Shown piece after piece: positions 24,687 through 37,570 of a DNA stretch of 64,000 nt. The notes below the pieces were generated by a model. It saw only the letters and a program-made list of their open reading frames with translations, did no database searches and had not been told where the DNA came from. The stretch covers positions 10,044,001 to 10,108,000 of the forward strand of contig NC_043016.1 in assembly GCF_006345805.1 (NCBI RefSeq), read 5' to 3'. Position numbers and translations under genes: made by a program. Position 1 is the stretch's first letter; each line of letters starts with the position of its first letter. Source of the stretch: Octopus sinensis. Taxonomy: Eukaryota.

Positions 24687-24717
24687 GTCAGAATGGCCGA
24701 GTGGTCTAAGGCGCCAG
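24687..24717 (+). tRNA. tRNA-Leu(CAA)-like 5' fragment (31 nt, non-functional)
   Basis: GTCAGAATGGCCGAGTGGTCTAAGGCGCCAG matches the 5' end of metazoan tRNA-Leu(CAA) as I recall it; no anticodon arm or 3' half follows. Confidence 0.75.
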
Positions 24718-26392
24718 GTACATTAACCAGAGCATATCAGTAACAATGATGGAAATATAATTTACTTCTTCCTTTTGTTTTATGCAACTTGTAGAATTAT
24801 TGTTTGTCACATTGATTTTATTGTTCTTCTTATTGTAAATGTATGCAGTTGATAAGAAGTTGACATTGCAACCATATGATCCAGAGTTCACCCATACTTA
24901 GTAGCAACTTGGCAAAGTATCTTCTTTACAGCTTTGGTTGATGAATACTGCATGAGGAAACTGTACTGAAGCTCATCATATAAAGGAAGAACTCATTGGA
25001 TAATGTAGTCCTAGATGTATTTTAAAAACAAATTGGATGGTCATGACTGGAGCTCCTTTGATCATATGTCTGCTTGATTAGAGTTGAACAATAAGAAACT
25101 TTTTAACAGGTATGATGAAGTAGTGTATCAGAGATCAGGTTGTAGAAATATGAAGAAAAAATTTAAAAAGCACCGGTACTAATGCCCCATAAAAGTACCC
25201 AAGCTGATGCCACATAAAAGTAGCCATGCCAGTTCCACATATAAAGTACCTGTGCAGGCGTCACGTTAAAAGAACCCAGTACACTTTGTAAAGTAGTTGG
25301 CATTAGGAAGAGCATTTTGTCAAAGAAGCCACGCCAAAATGGACAGTTGGAGCCTGGTGCAGTCCTCTGGTTTGTCAGCTCCTGTCAAACCGTCCGACCC
25401 ATGCCAGCATGGAAAACGGATGTTGAATGATGATGATGGTGGTGGTGGTGGTGGTGGTGGTGGTGGTGGCGGCGGCGGCGACGACGACGACGACGACGAT
25501 TTTAACCATTTTGTTACTATATCTCTATTGAAGTAGATTGTCTTCATTTTGTTTAATTTTGAAAATAATGAATTTATTAAAATTATTCATCATTATTAAG
25601 ATGGTATTTGGAATATAAATTAACATGAAACTTTGATGTCAGATTTTAATGTAGATCACACCAAAACAGGATGTTTCTTTCATAGAATCAGAGGTAGTCT
25701 CAGGTGTGTTGATAATACATACATAACCATTATTTCAAAATATAATATTCTAAGTGATTGAGTAGACCATGACATGCAACTGTTTTAGTGTTAACACACA
25801 AACTCAGATTATATTTCATGTCTGGCAGTTTCAACAAAGGATTTTTGAAATATAAAGTCTTGATATTTTATATATATATGCTGCAGATGAATAAAACCTC
25901 TCATCCAAATTCTCACTACAAAAAAAAAAAAAAGAGAAAAAATCCAAAAAGTTATAAATATAGAAAGTCAACATTGAATCAAAAAACATTTTTATAATCA
26001 AAGAAATGAAACATCTTTAAAATGTTAAAATATTGTAATGTTTTTATTGTTTCAAGAATGCTGAAATAATATTTTCAATATTTTCCACAAAAAGATTGGT
26101 TTGCATAAAGGCATTGATTGTAATTGGTCTTAGCTTAGAAGATTATCAAACCATGTGACCCAGGATTCAAATTGCTACATTCATAGCCTTGTGTGCTTGG
26201 GTAACATTAGTAGCTATGGTCATGTCAGTCAAGTAGGTTAACAACAGGTTTCTTGCCTACTTCATAAGTGAATAATGGTTTGCTTAATGTAATGTCCATC
26301 AGCAACTAGCTGGCCTTTGGGTATTTTTAACAGAACTTTATGGTAAAACATCTAGGACAGGTCTCTAGTCTAAGGGTAACATTCTGTCTTTG

Positions 26393-26488
26393 TTTATTAT
26401 GTTCCTTCAGAGACCAAATTAATTTACTAATAAACACAACAGTTCTGGGTTTAGTAAATTAATTTGGTCTCTGAAGGAACATAATAAA
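26393..26488. repeat. Perfect 38-bp inverted repeat with a 20-nt loop
   Basis: 26393-26430 is the exact reverse complement of 26451-26488. Confidence 0.95.
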
Positions 26489-26489
26489 T

Positions 26490-27060
26490 AATTTGATTTG
26501 GAAGGGAATATTCTATCTAGGTCCTTTCCATATGATAAAGGTAAATCTTCTTGTCTGCTTTTTAACAAAGAACTCTATCTCATCCTGGTCTGAGAGAATT
26601 CTCTTGTAAACACATTTAAAGAATGCATTTATCATTGCAAATATTGGCAAAAAACATACCTTTAGTTCCTACAAGTAATTTGTACCACTCTATAAAATTC
26701 GACCTTTAACTGTCTTCTTACATTTCATTTCCACTAAATATATCTATTTCCATACCTTTAAGCTTTGTTCCCATTCATCTATTGCACTAGATTTCTCCAC
26801 TCTTGGTTTTCTGCTAATTTCTTTCTTTCTCTAAATTGCATTTGACATTAAATCTATTAACTTGCTAGCATTCCCTTCATCATATATGCTGTCATCACAT
26901 TCGGTTAAAATGGCTTTCTGATGTGTTTTGTTTCTCTTTTTACCCTGATGAGAAGATTGCATTGTTTTACATCATTTTATTCTCTCTGAAATAATACCAA
27001 TGTTTTCTTTGAAACATATGTCGGAAGTAGAAAGATTTGAATAACATCTGCATTTAACTC
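26490..27060 (+). pseudogene. Penelope-like element 3' end (region downstream of GIY-YIG, plus 3' UTR)
   Basis: ILSRSFPYDKGKSSCLLFNKELYLILV*ENSLVNTFKECIYHCKYW fits the PLE C-terminal pattern PY...CxLCxxE...L.N...E....CxH; hammerhead motif about 300 nt downstream on the same strand. Confidence 0.65.
26941..27027 (+). ncRNA. Type I hammerhead motif with a long stem II
   Basis: CTGATGA (26945-26951); stem II GAAGA/TCTTT and CATTG/CAATG; GAAAC (27011-27015); palindromic stem III ACATATGT; GTC (27020-27022); short stem I CC/GG. Confidence 0.6.
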
Positions 27061-27289
27061 CATTTCTTTATTCATCTGTTATACTAAACCCTGGAATTTC
27101 TACGTTTATAAGTAGGCTGTAACATCCTTGGTACTTATGTGAATTTTTTGCTACCCTGGTAACTATTTATTTTTTCCGTGTTATTTGTACACATTGAAAA
27201 AAGACATGCATTTATATCATATATATCTAATATGTATCTCATGTATATATATATATATCATGTATATTTATATCATATATATATATATC

Positions 27290-27332
<43 letters not shown>

Positions 27333-27571
27333 TATCATATATCATCATCATCATCATCATCATTTAGCATCCGCTTTACATGCTAGCATGGGTTGGACGG
27401 TTCAACTGGGGTCTGGAAAGCTAGAGGCTGCACAGGACCAGTCTGATCTGACAGTGTTTCTACGGCTAGATGCCCTTCCTGACGCCAACCACTCCATGAG
27501 TGTAGTGGGCGCTTTTTTTACGTGTCACATATATATTTATAGGCGCAGGAGTGACTGTGTGGTTAGTAGCT

Positions 27572-27622
<51 letters not shown>

Positions 27623-29337
27623 ACATAAATATTGATTTGTGTGTGTTTTATATATACAAAAACGATGTATATATGTATATACTGCTGTATCAGTATGAAT
27701 ATGCATAAACTTATGTATAATGGTATGTAAGACACAGAAAATTCTGAGTGTACATATTCATGTATATCTCATGTCAATCTAATTATTTTTTATTGTTAAA
27801 AAAAAATATATGCATGACACCATATTTTCTATTAATTATTATCTCCCCTACACCACATCAATATCATATACTTCTCTTTAATTTTCTATGATAAATTTCT
27901 CTACAATTATGAGCAATTTTTTTAATATTAATTAAAGATAACTTTTTTATACCGCTCTATAAATGATTATATACATTTAGCAATTGATAACATAAGTAAA
28001 CTCCCTTTCATCTTCAATTTTACTTTTACTTTTCAATCATTTAGTATCTACTCCAACACCTTCTTTAAATCTTTTCTATACTGTGACCAGATGATAAACT
28101 CCAAAATATTACACTTATTTTTTTTTATGAATATTCAATCTATATTTACAACAAATACTTTAATTATAAATTTTATAAACCTGAAATCATTAGTGGTTAC
28201 TATTAAACGTTTTTTTTCCTAATTGCTTATTAAGTCATATTGATAATTGACAGTTAAATATAATTTTTAGTTTTTTTCTATTTGAAAATTCTTTACTTCC
28301 TTATTTGGATGTCCTATCCTAAAAACACAACCTCACCAATTAATTTACTTCATTTACAGAAATTTAAATTAGATCATGCATAGAAATTTATAGAGAGAAT
28401 GTCAGCCTGTAATATTTTAATATTATTATATATATCGAAATCGAATTGAACCAGCCAGGATCCCTGGTCTGGTGGTACGTAAAAAGCGCTGCCTCGACTG
28501 GCTTCCGTGCTGGTGGCACGTAAAATACACCAATCCGACCATGGCCATTGCCAGCCTCGCCTGGCACCTGTGCAGGTGGCACGTAAAAAGCACCCACTAC
28601 ACTCATGGAGTGGTTGGCGTTAGGAAGGGCATCCAGCTGTAGAATCACTGCCAGATAAGACCGGAGCATGGTGCAGCCTCCTGGCTTCCCAGATCCCCAG
28701 TCGAACCGTCCAACCCATGCCAGCATGGAGAACGGACGTTAAACAATGATGATGATGATGATGATATTAGCACCCAATTTATATTTTTTTTAGTCTTGTT
28801 TAGGATGGACACGACTCCAGGAGCAAAGAGCACATTACAAGGTGATTACTAACACCATACCTATGTAATTCGGAATCTGGACAAAAGCTCTCTATGACAA
28901 AAAAACCTTAGGACAAAATCCCCTTGGTTATATTTTTATCAGTTATTTTTTCGTTCTTAGAATTTTTAGTTGATTGTATCAACTTCAGAATTTTTTTTAC
29001 TTGTTACAGTTATTAGACTGTGGCTGGTACCACTTTGAAGAATTTTTCAATGGTTGTGTGGAACCCAGATTTTTTTTTAAGCTTGATCAAAACCACTTCA
29101 GGGATATAATTCATTTTTGTTTTTCTTTTTACTTGTTGCAGTGATTAGACTGCGGCCATGCTGGGGCATCACCTTAAAGAATTTTTAGTTGACTGTATTG
29201 ATCCCAGAATATTTTAAGATGATTTTCAACCAGCGCATGAAATTAAACATAGAAGGGCTCTCAACATGCTGCAAATAACACCCAAATCTCTTGAAATTGT
29301 TTTATAACCCTCCTTGGTTATATTTATTGTTAATTCT

Positions 29338-29698
29338 ACTCTTTTACTCTTTTACTTGTTTCAGTCATCCGACTGCGGCCATGCTGGAGCACCGCCTTTC
29401 AGTCGAGCAACTCAACCCCGGGACTTATTCTTTGTAAGCCCATTACTTATTCTATCGGTCCCTTTTGCCGAACCGCATCGGTTGTCAAGCAATACTAGGG
29501 GGACAAACACAGACACACATATATATACATATATACGACAGGCCTCTTTCAGTTTCCGTCTACCAAATCCACTCACAAGGCATTTGTCGGCCCGGGGCTA
29601 TAGCAGAAGACACTCGCCCAAGATGCCACGCAGTGGGACTGAACCCTGAACCATGTGGTTAGTTAGCAAGCTACTTACCACACAGCCACTCCTGCGCC
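29338..29698 (-). mobile_element. Young SINE family A
   Basis: Full head to tail on the minus strand. Confidence 0.85.
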
Positions 29699-30594
29699 GT
29701 TTTTTTTTTCATTTTCTAAAAATCTTTTTACTTGTTTCAGTCACTGGACTGCAACCATGCTGGGGCACCGCCTTGAAGAAATTTCAGTTGAATGTATCGA
29801 CCCCAGAATCTTTTTTAGGTGATTTTCAACCAGAACATAAAGTTAAGCCTAGAAGGTCTCTCGATATGCTAGAAATAACAGCCAAATCTTACAAATTTTT
29901 TTAATAATTTCACGTAAACAAAAATGAAAATCATGGTTGTAAAAAAAAAGTTTATTTTCCAAAATTCCAATTTTTAAGCAGACAAAATATATTCAGTTGG
30001 TTCCTCGTGTGTTTCAATTATTTTCCTAGTTTTTAGAATTATTTTAAGTTTGAAAATGAAAATAAATAAATCTTAACATCAATAATGGAATAACAGAACA
30101 CAAGACTCTTCACTACTCAATGTACATATTGTCTGAATTCTAAGAAAAGGGAAAGCATTTACTTCAAGAAATGCGTAGAAATATAAAAGCGATAAGAAGT
30201 ACGTTTGAATGACTGGACTTCAATGGCTGGAGAAAATTCAGAGGGCCAGCTCATTCCCATTAATCTGTAAGTGCTAAAAAAAGAAAACAAAACTTTAAAT
30301 GTATATTTCAAAATGCTGATTTTTCTGCGACGCAAAAACTTTCAAGCTGGTGCCCCAGCATGGCTGCAATCCAATGACTGAAACAAGTAAAAAGATTTTT
30401 TATAAAAAAAAACAAAAAACAAAAAAAAACTGAGGTGTTTATAAAAAAAATTTCAAGGGATTTGGCTGTTATTTCTAGCATGTGGAGATACCTTCTAGGC
30501 TTAACTTCATGCACTGCTTGAAAATCATTAAAAAAAATTCTGAGGTCGCTACATTTAACTAAAAATTCTTCAATAATATATATATATATATATA

Positions 30595-30985
30595 GGCACA
30601 GGAGTGGCTGTGTGGTAAGTAGCTTGCTAACCAACCACATGGTTCCGGGCAAGTGTCTTCTGCTATAGCCTCGGGCCGACCAAAGCCTTGTGAGTGGATT
30701 TGGTAGACGGAAACTGAAAGAAGCCTGTCGTATATATATGTATATATATATAGGTATGTGTGTGTATGTTTGTGTGTCTGTGTTTGTCCCCCTAGCATTG
30801 CTTGACAACCGATGCTGGTGTGTTTATGTCCCCGTTACTTAGCGGTTCGGCAAAAGAGACCGATAGAATAAGTACTGGGCTTACAAAGAATAAGTCCCGG
30901 GGTCGATTTGCTTGACTAAAGGCGGTGCTCCAGCATGGCCACAGTCAAATGACTGAAACAAGTAAAAGAGTAAAAGAGTAAAAGA
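30595..30985 (+). mobile_element. Young SINE family A
   Basis: Head GGCACAGGAGTGGCTGTGTGG; tail (GAGTAAAA)n. Confidence 0.85.
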
Positions 30986-31844
30986 GAGAGAGTATATATA
31001 TATATATATATATGTATGTATATGTATGTATATCAACAATCAAGGTGGTTCGCTATCATGACAGCAGTTTAATAGCTGAAACAAGTAAAAGATAAAAGAT
31101 AAACAACAAAATAATATTTACCCCATCTGGATTTGAACTCAGTGTGTAGTAAAAAGCTCAAACAACCCTGCGAGGTATTTTTTTTTTCTTTCAGATGTTC
31201 TAATGATTCAGCCAGTTTGTTGCCTTTTTGATTGCTTCTGATTTAGACACAAGGTCAAGCATTGTTGATTGGGGATAAGTTGATGTGGCTGGTCTGTTTT
31301 ACTTTATCAAACCCCCCAAAAAGATGAAAGACATGATCGACCTTGATGAGATTCGAACTCAGAACATAAAGAATCAAAAGGAATATCACAAAGAATTTTC
31401 CACCATCTGATTGTGGCCGTTTGCCAGCCTCGTCTGGCACGTAAAAAGTACCCACTACACTCACGGAGTGGTTGGCGTTAGGAAGGGCATCCAGCCGTAG
31501 AAACATTGCCAGATCAGACTGGGCCTGGTGCAGCCTTCTGGCTTCACAGACCCCAGTTGAACTGTCCAACCCATGCTAGCATGGAAAGCGGACGCTAAAC
31601 AATGATGATGATGATGATGATGATGATGCTAACCATTCTGTCAGTTCATCACTATTGTGATGACATTGACAGTGATGGATGATGATGATGATGATGATGA
31701 TGATGTGAAGGAGGAAGAGGAAAAGAGAATGATACTAGTGATGGTGGTGTTGATTATGGTGAGAAGGAGTAGGAAGAGAAAGAAGAAGAGGATGATGATG
31801 ATAATGATGATGAGGATAATGATGAACATTATATAGATGGACCA

Positions 31845-32100
31845 TCAGATAACATCTAATTAAGACTGACATCATTTTCCATGACAAAAAGAACAATTCT
31901 TTACTGACAATCAAAACGGCAATACAAAATGACTACAATGTCATGCTGACAAGTTAAATTACAATAACTTAGCAATTGAATTGAAGGTGATACAGAAGTT
32001 AAGTAATGTCTATCATTCAATTTGTAATTAGTATAACTGGAATGATAAGCAATTACGTCTGTTAAGATAGTGACAGACATGGACAAATTTCTAATTTATA
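31845..32100 (+). pseudogene. R4/Dong-type restriction-like endonuclease domain remnant
   Basis: DHQITSN..DIIFHDKKNNSLLTIKTAIQNDYNV..LAIELK..TGMIS resembles the PDI..DK...IDIA.P.D.NV..K..KY..LA.E motif. Confidence 0.55.
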
Positions 32101-32349
32101 TATCAAATAGCTACTAAAACGGCATGATTTATGCAAATCAGTGTATGCCATATTGCTTTTATGGCCGGCTATGAATACAATGTTATAATCGCTAATAAGC
32201 ATGGCTATAAATACAATGTTATCGTGGACAATTAAGGAAGTGTAATTGGTTGCTGAAGAAATTATAACGTTGATTAAAACTAGTCCAGCCAATCTGTCTT
32301 TTTCTGTCCATTTAAAGATTACTTAAAATCAATGACTTGTCTTTTATGA

Positions 32350-32760
32350 CTGTCCAATGGGTTTAATTAATTTCTGTCAATTTACTACAGCTGCTGCGGC
32401 TGCTACACCTCCGCCTCCCCTCCTCCTGCTCGTCCTCCCCGTCATCCTCTTCCTCCTCTTCCACCTCCTCCTCTCCCTCCCCTCCTCCTCTTCCTCCTCT
32501 TCCTCTCCGCTCCCTCCTCTTCCTCCTCCGCCTCCTCCTCATTTCCACTCTCCTTTTCCACCCCTCCTCCTCTCCCCTTCCTCCTCCTCCTCTTTTCCCC
32601 TCTCCTCTTCCTCCTCTTCCACTTCCTCCTCTTCCACCTCCTCCTCTCCCTCCCCTCCTCCTCTTCCTCCTCTTCCACCTCCTCCTCTCCCTCCCCTCCT
32701 CCTCTTCCTCTCCGCTCCCTCCTCTTCCTCCCCCTCCTCCTCCACATTGCTGCTACTGCC
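32350..32760. repeat. (CCT)n-rich polypyrimidine tract
   Basis: Direct inspection. Confidence 0.9.
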
Positions 32761-33171
32761 ACAGTAGTGTGGGGCTGATGTTACTATCAGATGAAATGCT
32801 TTGTTAGTATTTCCCCACCCCCTTTGCATTCAGAGTTCAAACCTTGCTGAGGGGGTCAATCTTTTACTTTTTCTCTTTTGGGGCTTAATATAATAAAAGT
32901 ACTGGGTGGGGGGAAGTATCTAGTCTGCTAGACCCACTCTCCCTCAAAAATTGCTGGCTTTGTGGCAAAATTATCATCATCATTATCATCACTGACTGAT
33001 GATAACGAAACGCTTATGTTTCCAGAGGTGAATTAGTCAAACCCCAAACGATTCTTCTCCACACATGGCTATGATGCTCAATTGCTGAAGGTCAAGCAAC
33101 AAAACAAGCAAGTCTGTCATATTGAGTAGAATATTTGCTGTAGCCCATCTTTTATACCAAGACAAAATATA

Positions 33172-33766
33172 GTGAGCTGGCAGAAATGTTAGCATGCTGG
33201 GCAAAATGCTTAGTGGTATTTCGTCTGCCGTTACGTTCTGAGTTCAAATTCCACCGAGGTCAACTTTGCCTTTCATCCTTTTCAGGGTCGATAAATTAAG
33301 TACAAGTTCCACACCGGGGTCGATGTAATTGACTTAATCCATTTGTCTGTCCTTGTTTGTCCCCTCAGTGTTTAGCCCCTTGTGGGTAGTAAAGAAATAG
33401 GTATTTCGTTTACCGTTACGTTCTGAGTTCAAATTCCGCCGAGGTTGACTATGCCTTTCATCCTTTCGGGGTTGATAAATTAAGTACCAGTTATGCACTG
33501 GGGTCGATATAGTCGACTTAATCTGTTTGTTTGTCTCTGTTTGTCCTCTCTGTGTTTAGCCCCTTGTGGGTAGTAAAGAAACAGGTATTTCTTCTGCAGT
33601 TATGTTCTAAGTTCAAATTCCGCCGAGGTCGATTTTGTCTTTCATCCTTTCAGGGTCGATAAATTAAGTAGCAGTTGCACACTGGGGTCGATGTAATCGA
33701 CTTAATCCCTTTGTCTGTCCTTGTTTGTCCCCTCTTTGTTTAACCCCTTGTGGGCAATAAAGAAAT
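33172..33766 (+). mobile_element. SINE family C with the body triplicated, inserted into a family D element
   Basis: One head and three bodies of about 185 bp; 13-bp TSD AAGACAAAATATA at 33159-33171 and 33767-33779. Confidence 0.8.
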
Positions 33767-33794
33767 AAGACAAAATATATACATGATAACACTT

Positions 33795-34590
33795 TTGCAA
33801 TCAGTTAAAATCAGAAGAACTTTTAGGCCTGGCCCTATGGATAACTTCCAGAAATCCCTTGCCTGGCAGTGCTACCGAGGGGTGCTGCCTGTTTAGGACA
33901 AACTTTACAGGCATGGAAGTGCCATCAGCCAGGCCTGCCTGAGGTGCACCCAGAACAATGAAACCATTCTGCATGCGCAAGTCCAATGCCTGAGTATTGC
34001 TGATCTGTGGGTTTATGTCAAACACCTGCTGTCACGTTTAGGACGGATCTGGCTATCACCTGAATCTATTGTGAGGATTGTCTTGCAGCCCCTTTTTGGC
34101 CAGGAGGGGCAGGCAATTTTTATTTGTCTAGTGACTGTAGCGAAAGAGGTAGTATGGTGGACCCGTTTGAAAGGGCTAAAGACAGACACTTTCCTCTTTG
34201 ACCAAGCCCTCATCAACTTTTTCAAGTTCCACTTGAAAAGGAAGTTGAGGATGGAGAGGGAAGTGTTGCCTTGTAGCAAGTTTGTTGAAAGGTGGGTGAA
34301 TGTTAGAAGAATGGCCAGTGTGAAAGGACCAGTTCTGAGTGTGCATCTGTAAAAAACAAAAAGTAGAAGGGCTCTTGCCCTGTTGTTCAGGCACCCATGT
34401 CTTTTCTGGGTTTTTCGACGAGGATCTTAAAATGCCTCCTCTATTGGGAGTTTTAATTTGTTTAATTTTTAATTGTTATAAATTTGTGTACACATGGAAA
34501 ATCCATTGTATCGTCCCGTTTTTGTCTTTTATGTTGTTGCATGTCTTTTGATGTTATTTCATGTGAGTCCTTGTGGCTAATAAAAGAATT
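33795..34590 (+). pseudogene. Tx1/L1-clade LINE 3' end (zf-RVT region plus 3' UTR)
   Basis: LAWQCYRGVLPV*DKLYRHGSAISQACLRCTQNNETILHAQVQC, continuous with ORF 34071-34352; one in-frame stop; AATAAAA and (AATT)n tail at about 34580. Confidence 0.8.
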
Positions 34591-35134
34591 AATTAATTAA
34601 TTATTATTATTATTATTATCATCATCATTATTATCATTATTATTAAGGCAGCGAGCTGGCATAATCATTAGCACACCGGCCGAAATGCTTCACAGTATTT
34701 CATCTGCCGCTATGTTCTGAGTTCAAATTCCACTGAGGTCATCTTTGCCTTTCATCCTTTCAGGGTAACAAATTAAGTACAAGTGAAATACTGGGGTCGA
34801 TATAATCGACTCCTCTCCTCCACCAAAATGGCTGCCCATGTGGCAAAATTTGAAACCATTATTATTATTATTATTATTATCATTATTATTATTATTATTA
34901 AGGCGGTGAGCTGTCAAAATTGTTAGTGCGCTGGACAAAATTCTTAGTGTTATTTCACCTGTTGCTACATTCTGAATTCAAATTCCACTGAGGTTGACTT
35001 TACCATTCATCCTTTCAGAGTCGATGTAACTGACTCATCCTGTACCCCAAAATTGCTGCCCTTGTTGCAAAATTTTAAACCATTATTATTATTATTATTA
35101 TTATTATAATTATTATTATCATTATTTTTGAGAG

Positions 35135-35610
35135 AGAGAGCAATGCATGCCATCAAAGTGACACTGGGATTAAATATACGAAGCCCAGCATACCCATCAT
35201 GACTACCCGTCTGATAAGGGTACACCAGGCACATGCATCACAACCATATGTGCACGCCGTGGTGATCTCATATCAAGATAAACAGCGCATGACCTGGCAG
35301 GTGGGACCCAGTTAGAATTTTCTTCTGGTCAAGTGACCCATCCCGTTCAAAAGGTCCCTGAATAAGGGTTGTTTAAGGATGTTGAAAGAACCACCCATGT
35401 TTCCAGAAGTGAATTATTCAAACCCCAAAGAATCCCTCTCAACACATGGCTATGATGCTCCCCCGCTACTTCCGCTCGTGATCAGAGATGCACATATCGT
35501 CAGCTACCAAGGGTCACGCTCAACTGGTTAAGGTCAAACAACTGACAAGCAAATCTGTGGTATTGAGCAGAATATTTGCTGTAGCCCATCTTGTATACCA
35601 AGACAGAACA
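35135..35610 (-). mobile_element. Interspersed repeat family D (SINE-like)
   Basis: Shares CACATGGCTATGATGCTC and GAATATTTGCTGTAGCCCATC with the copy at 33010-33170. Confidence 0.6.
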
Positions 35611-35712
35611 TGCACATTATTATTATTATTGTCATCATCATCATCATCATCATCATCATTATTATCATCATCATCATCATCATCATCATCGTCATCATCA
35701 TCATCATCATCA

Positions 35713-35751
<39 letters not shown>

Positions 35752-36199
35752 GTTTGGCTTTTGCTCTGTATATTTGTATATGTTAACACCAAGTCTCATC
35801 AGACTCTTCATTCAATTCTCCTCCTCCTCGTCCTCCTCCTTCGACACTGAAGTATACACTGTCAATTTGATGGAGGATAATTTTTTTTGTTTTTATTTTG
35901 CAAACAAGAGACTTTGACATGTCTGGATGCTTATCTCAATACGTATGCAAGAGAATATGCTATTCTTTTTTTTATGCAGACATTTATATTATCCTTTAAA
36001 AAAAATGTGTTGTTTACTAAAGTCATTCTAGACAGTGTTGTTTTTTTTTTTTCCTGGGAAAGCTGTAGATATGTCCCCAAGAATTGTAATAAAAATTTTG
36101 AAAGCAATAACACAGAGTTTGATAAAGTCACACAAATGCACACACAAAAAAGACAAACAACAAAAATGAGGTACAGTAAATACAGAGATACAATTAGCA

Positions 36200-36735
36200 T
36201 TTATCTCTCTCTATATAAACGGCAGTTTGTCTGTCAGTGTGTCTGTGTGTCTGTCAGTGTGTCTGTGTGTCTGTCAGGTTGTACCCTCACCCTGACCACA
36301 GCTTTCAACCGATTCTGATCAAACTTGACACACACATAGCCCAATGTCATAATTCAAAACTAACGCAGCGAAAGTTCCCCCAGTTCTGAAAAAAAACGAT
36401 AAATTCGACATGGGGTTGAGAATCTAAGCTTTTTATTTGCAACACATTTTCTGTTGTAGTTTTCGCAACTTGCAATCGATTTTCACCAAACTCATGGTGA
36501 AGCTTAATGTTACCCTAAGAAACTTAATTCTGACGTTAGTTTTCCATGCAATACCTTACCATCAGAAAAAATCGATAAATTCATGCCATTTTGGGAAATC
36601 GCGTTCAAATTCAAGATGACATATTTTCGACAATATCTTTCACAAATTGGCACAAATTTTTTTTTAATTCACAGCGAGCATCATGTCTGCTCCAGGGGCT
36701 CTTACATACCCGGGCAATGCCGGGCTATAATGATA
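36200..36735 (+). mobile_element. Non-autonomous Helitron-like element
   Basis: 5' TCTCTCTCTATATAAACGGCAG plus (TGTC)n; 3' hairpin CCCGGGCAATGCCGGG. Confidence 0.6.
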
Positions 36736-37139
36736 TTTCTAATAATATTGATTGCAATAACAATAGTTTTGGATAGCATTGTTAATCATCAGGAGGCAAT
36801 TAACATAGTTTGGCCCCTGGATAAGAAAAATACATGGGAGGAATGAGAGAAGTATGTCACAAGGGATGGAGATTCACCTTTCCTAATGAGTACATCAAAG
36901 GATGGATGACAAAGAGAGTAATGGTTCAACTGGGGTCTGGGAAGCAAGAAGGCTGCACCAGGCCCAGTCTAATCTGGCAATGTTTCTACGGCTGGATGCC
37001 CTTGCTAACGTCGTATTTGGTGTCAGTATTTATCCCCCCACCTTCATTTGACAACCAATTTTGGTGTGCTTATGTCCCTGAAAAATTAGCCACTTGACAA
37101 AAGATACTGATAAAATAAGTACTAGGCTTACAAAGAATA

Positions 37140-37570
37140 AACTGAAACTGTATTCACTCCAAAGACGCTGTGAATGCTACATTATCTGTATGATGTGAAA
37201 AATATTCCATCAGCACTGTCCAAATGATGTTGGCATCACCTTCAAAATACACCCAAGACTTGGACTCCGTGCCATCCGTCCACAACAAAAATCTAAATCA
37301 CATCTCAGTACAACAATACGGCACAATTATTTCACCTCAATTGACCCTGCTCTCTTCACCAGGACACGTCAAAACAGAAACTGACCACACAAAATTCAAG
37401 AAGTCTTTGGACAAATTTGTTCAAGCAGTCCCGGACAAGCCACCCACACCCAGATATGTCTCCGCAAACAATAACTCTCTTCTCAAATGGGCCTAGGTGC
37501 CCAATTCCTGAATTGAAAGACTTCACCAGATGGTGCTATTAAGTTAGACATGGCCTGGGCCAATACTGGC
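37140..37570 (+). pseudogene. CR1-type LINE 3' end
   Basis: LKLYSLQRRCECYII...HPRLG...FKKSLDKFVQAVPDKPPTPRY...NSLL; short 3' UTR with hairpin TGGCC..GGCCA. Confidence 0.8.

Noticed and set aside
32995-33025. CTGATGATAACGAAAC hammerhead-like spacing
   Set aside because: Only 4 nt between the core halves, so no stem II; part of repeat family D
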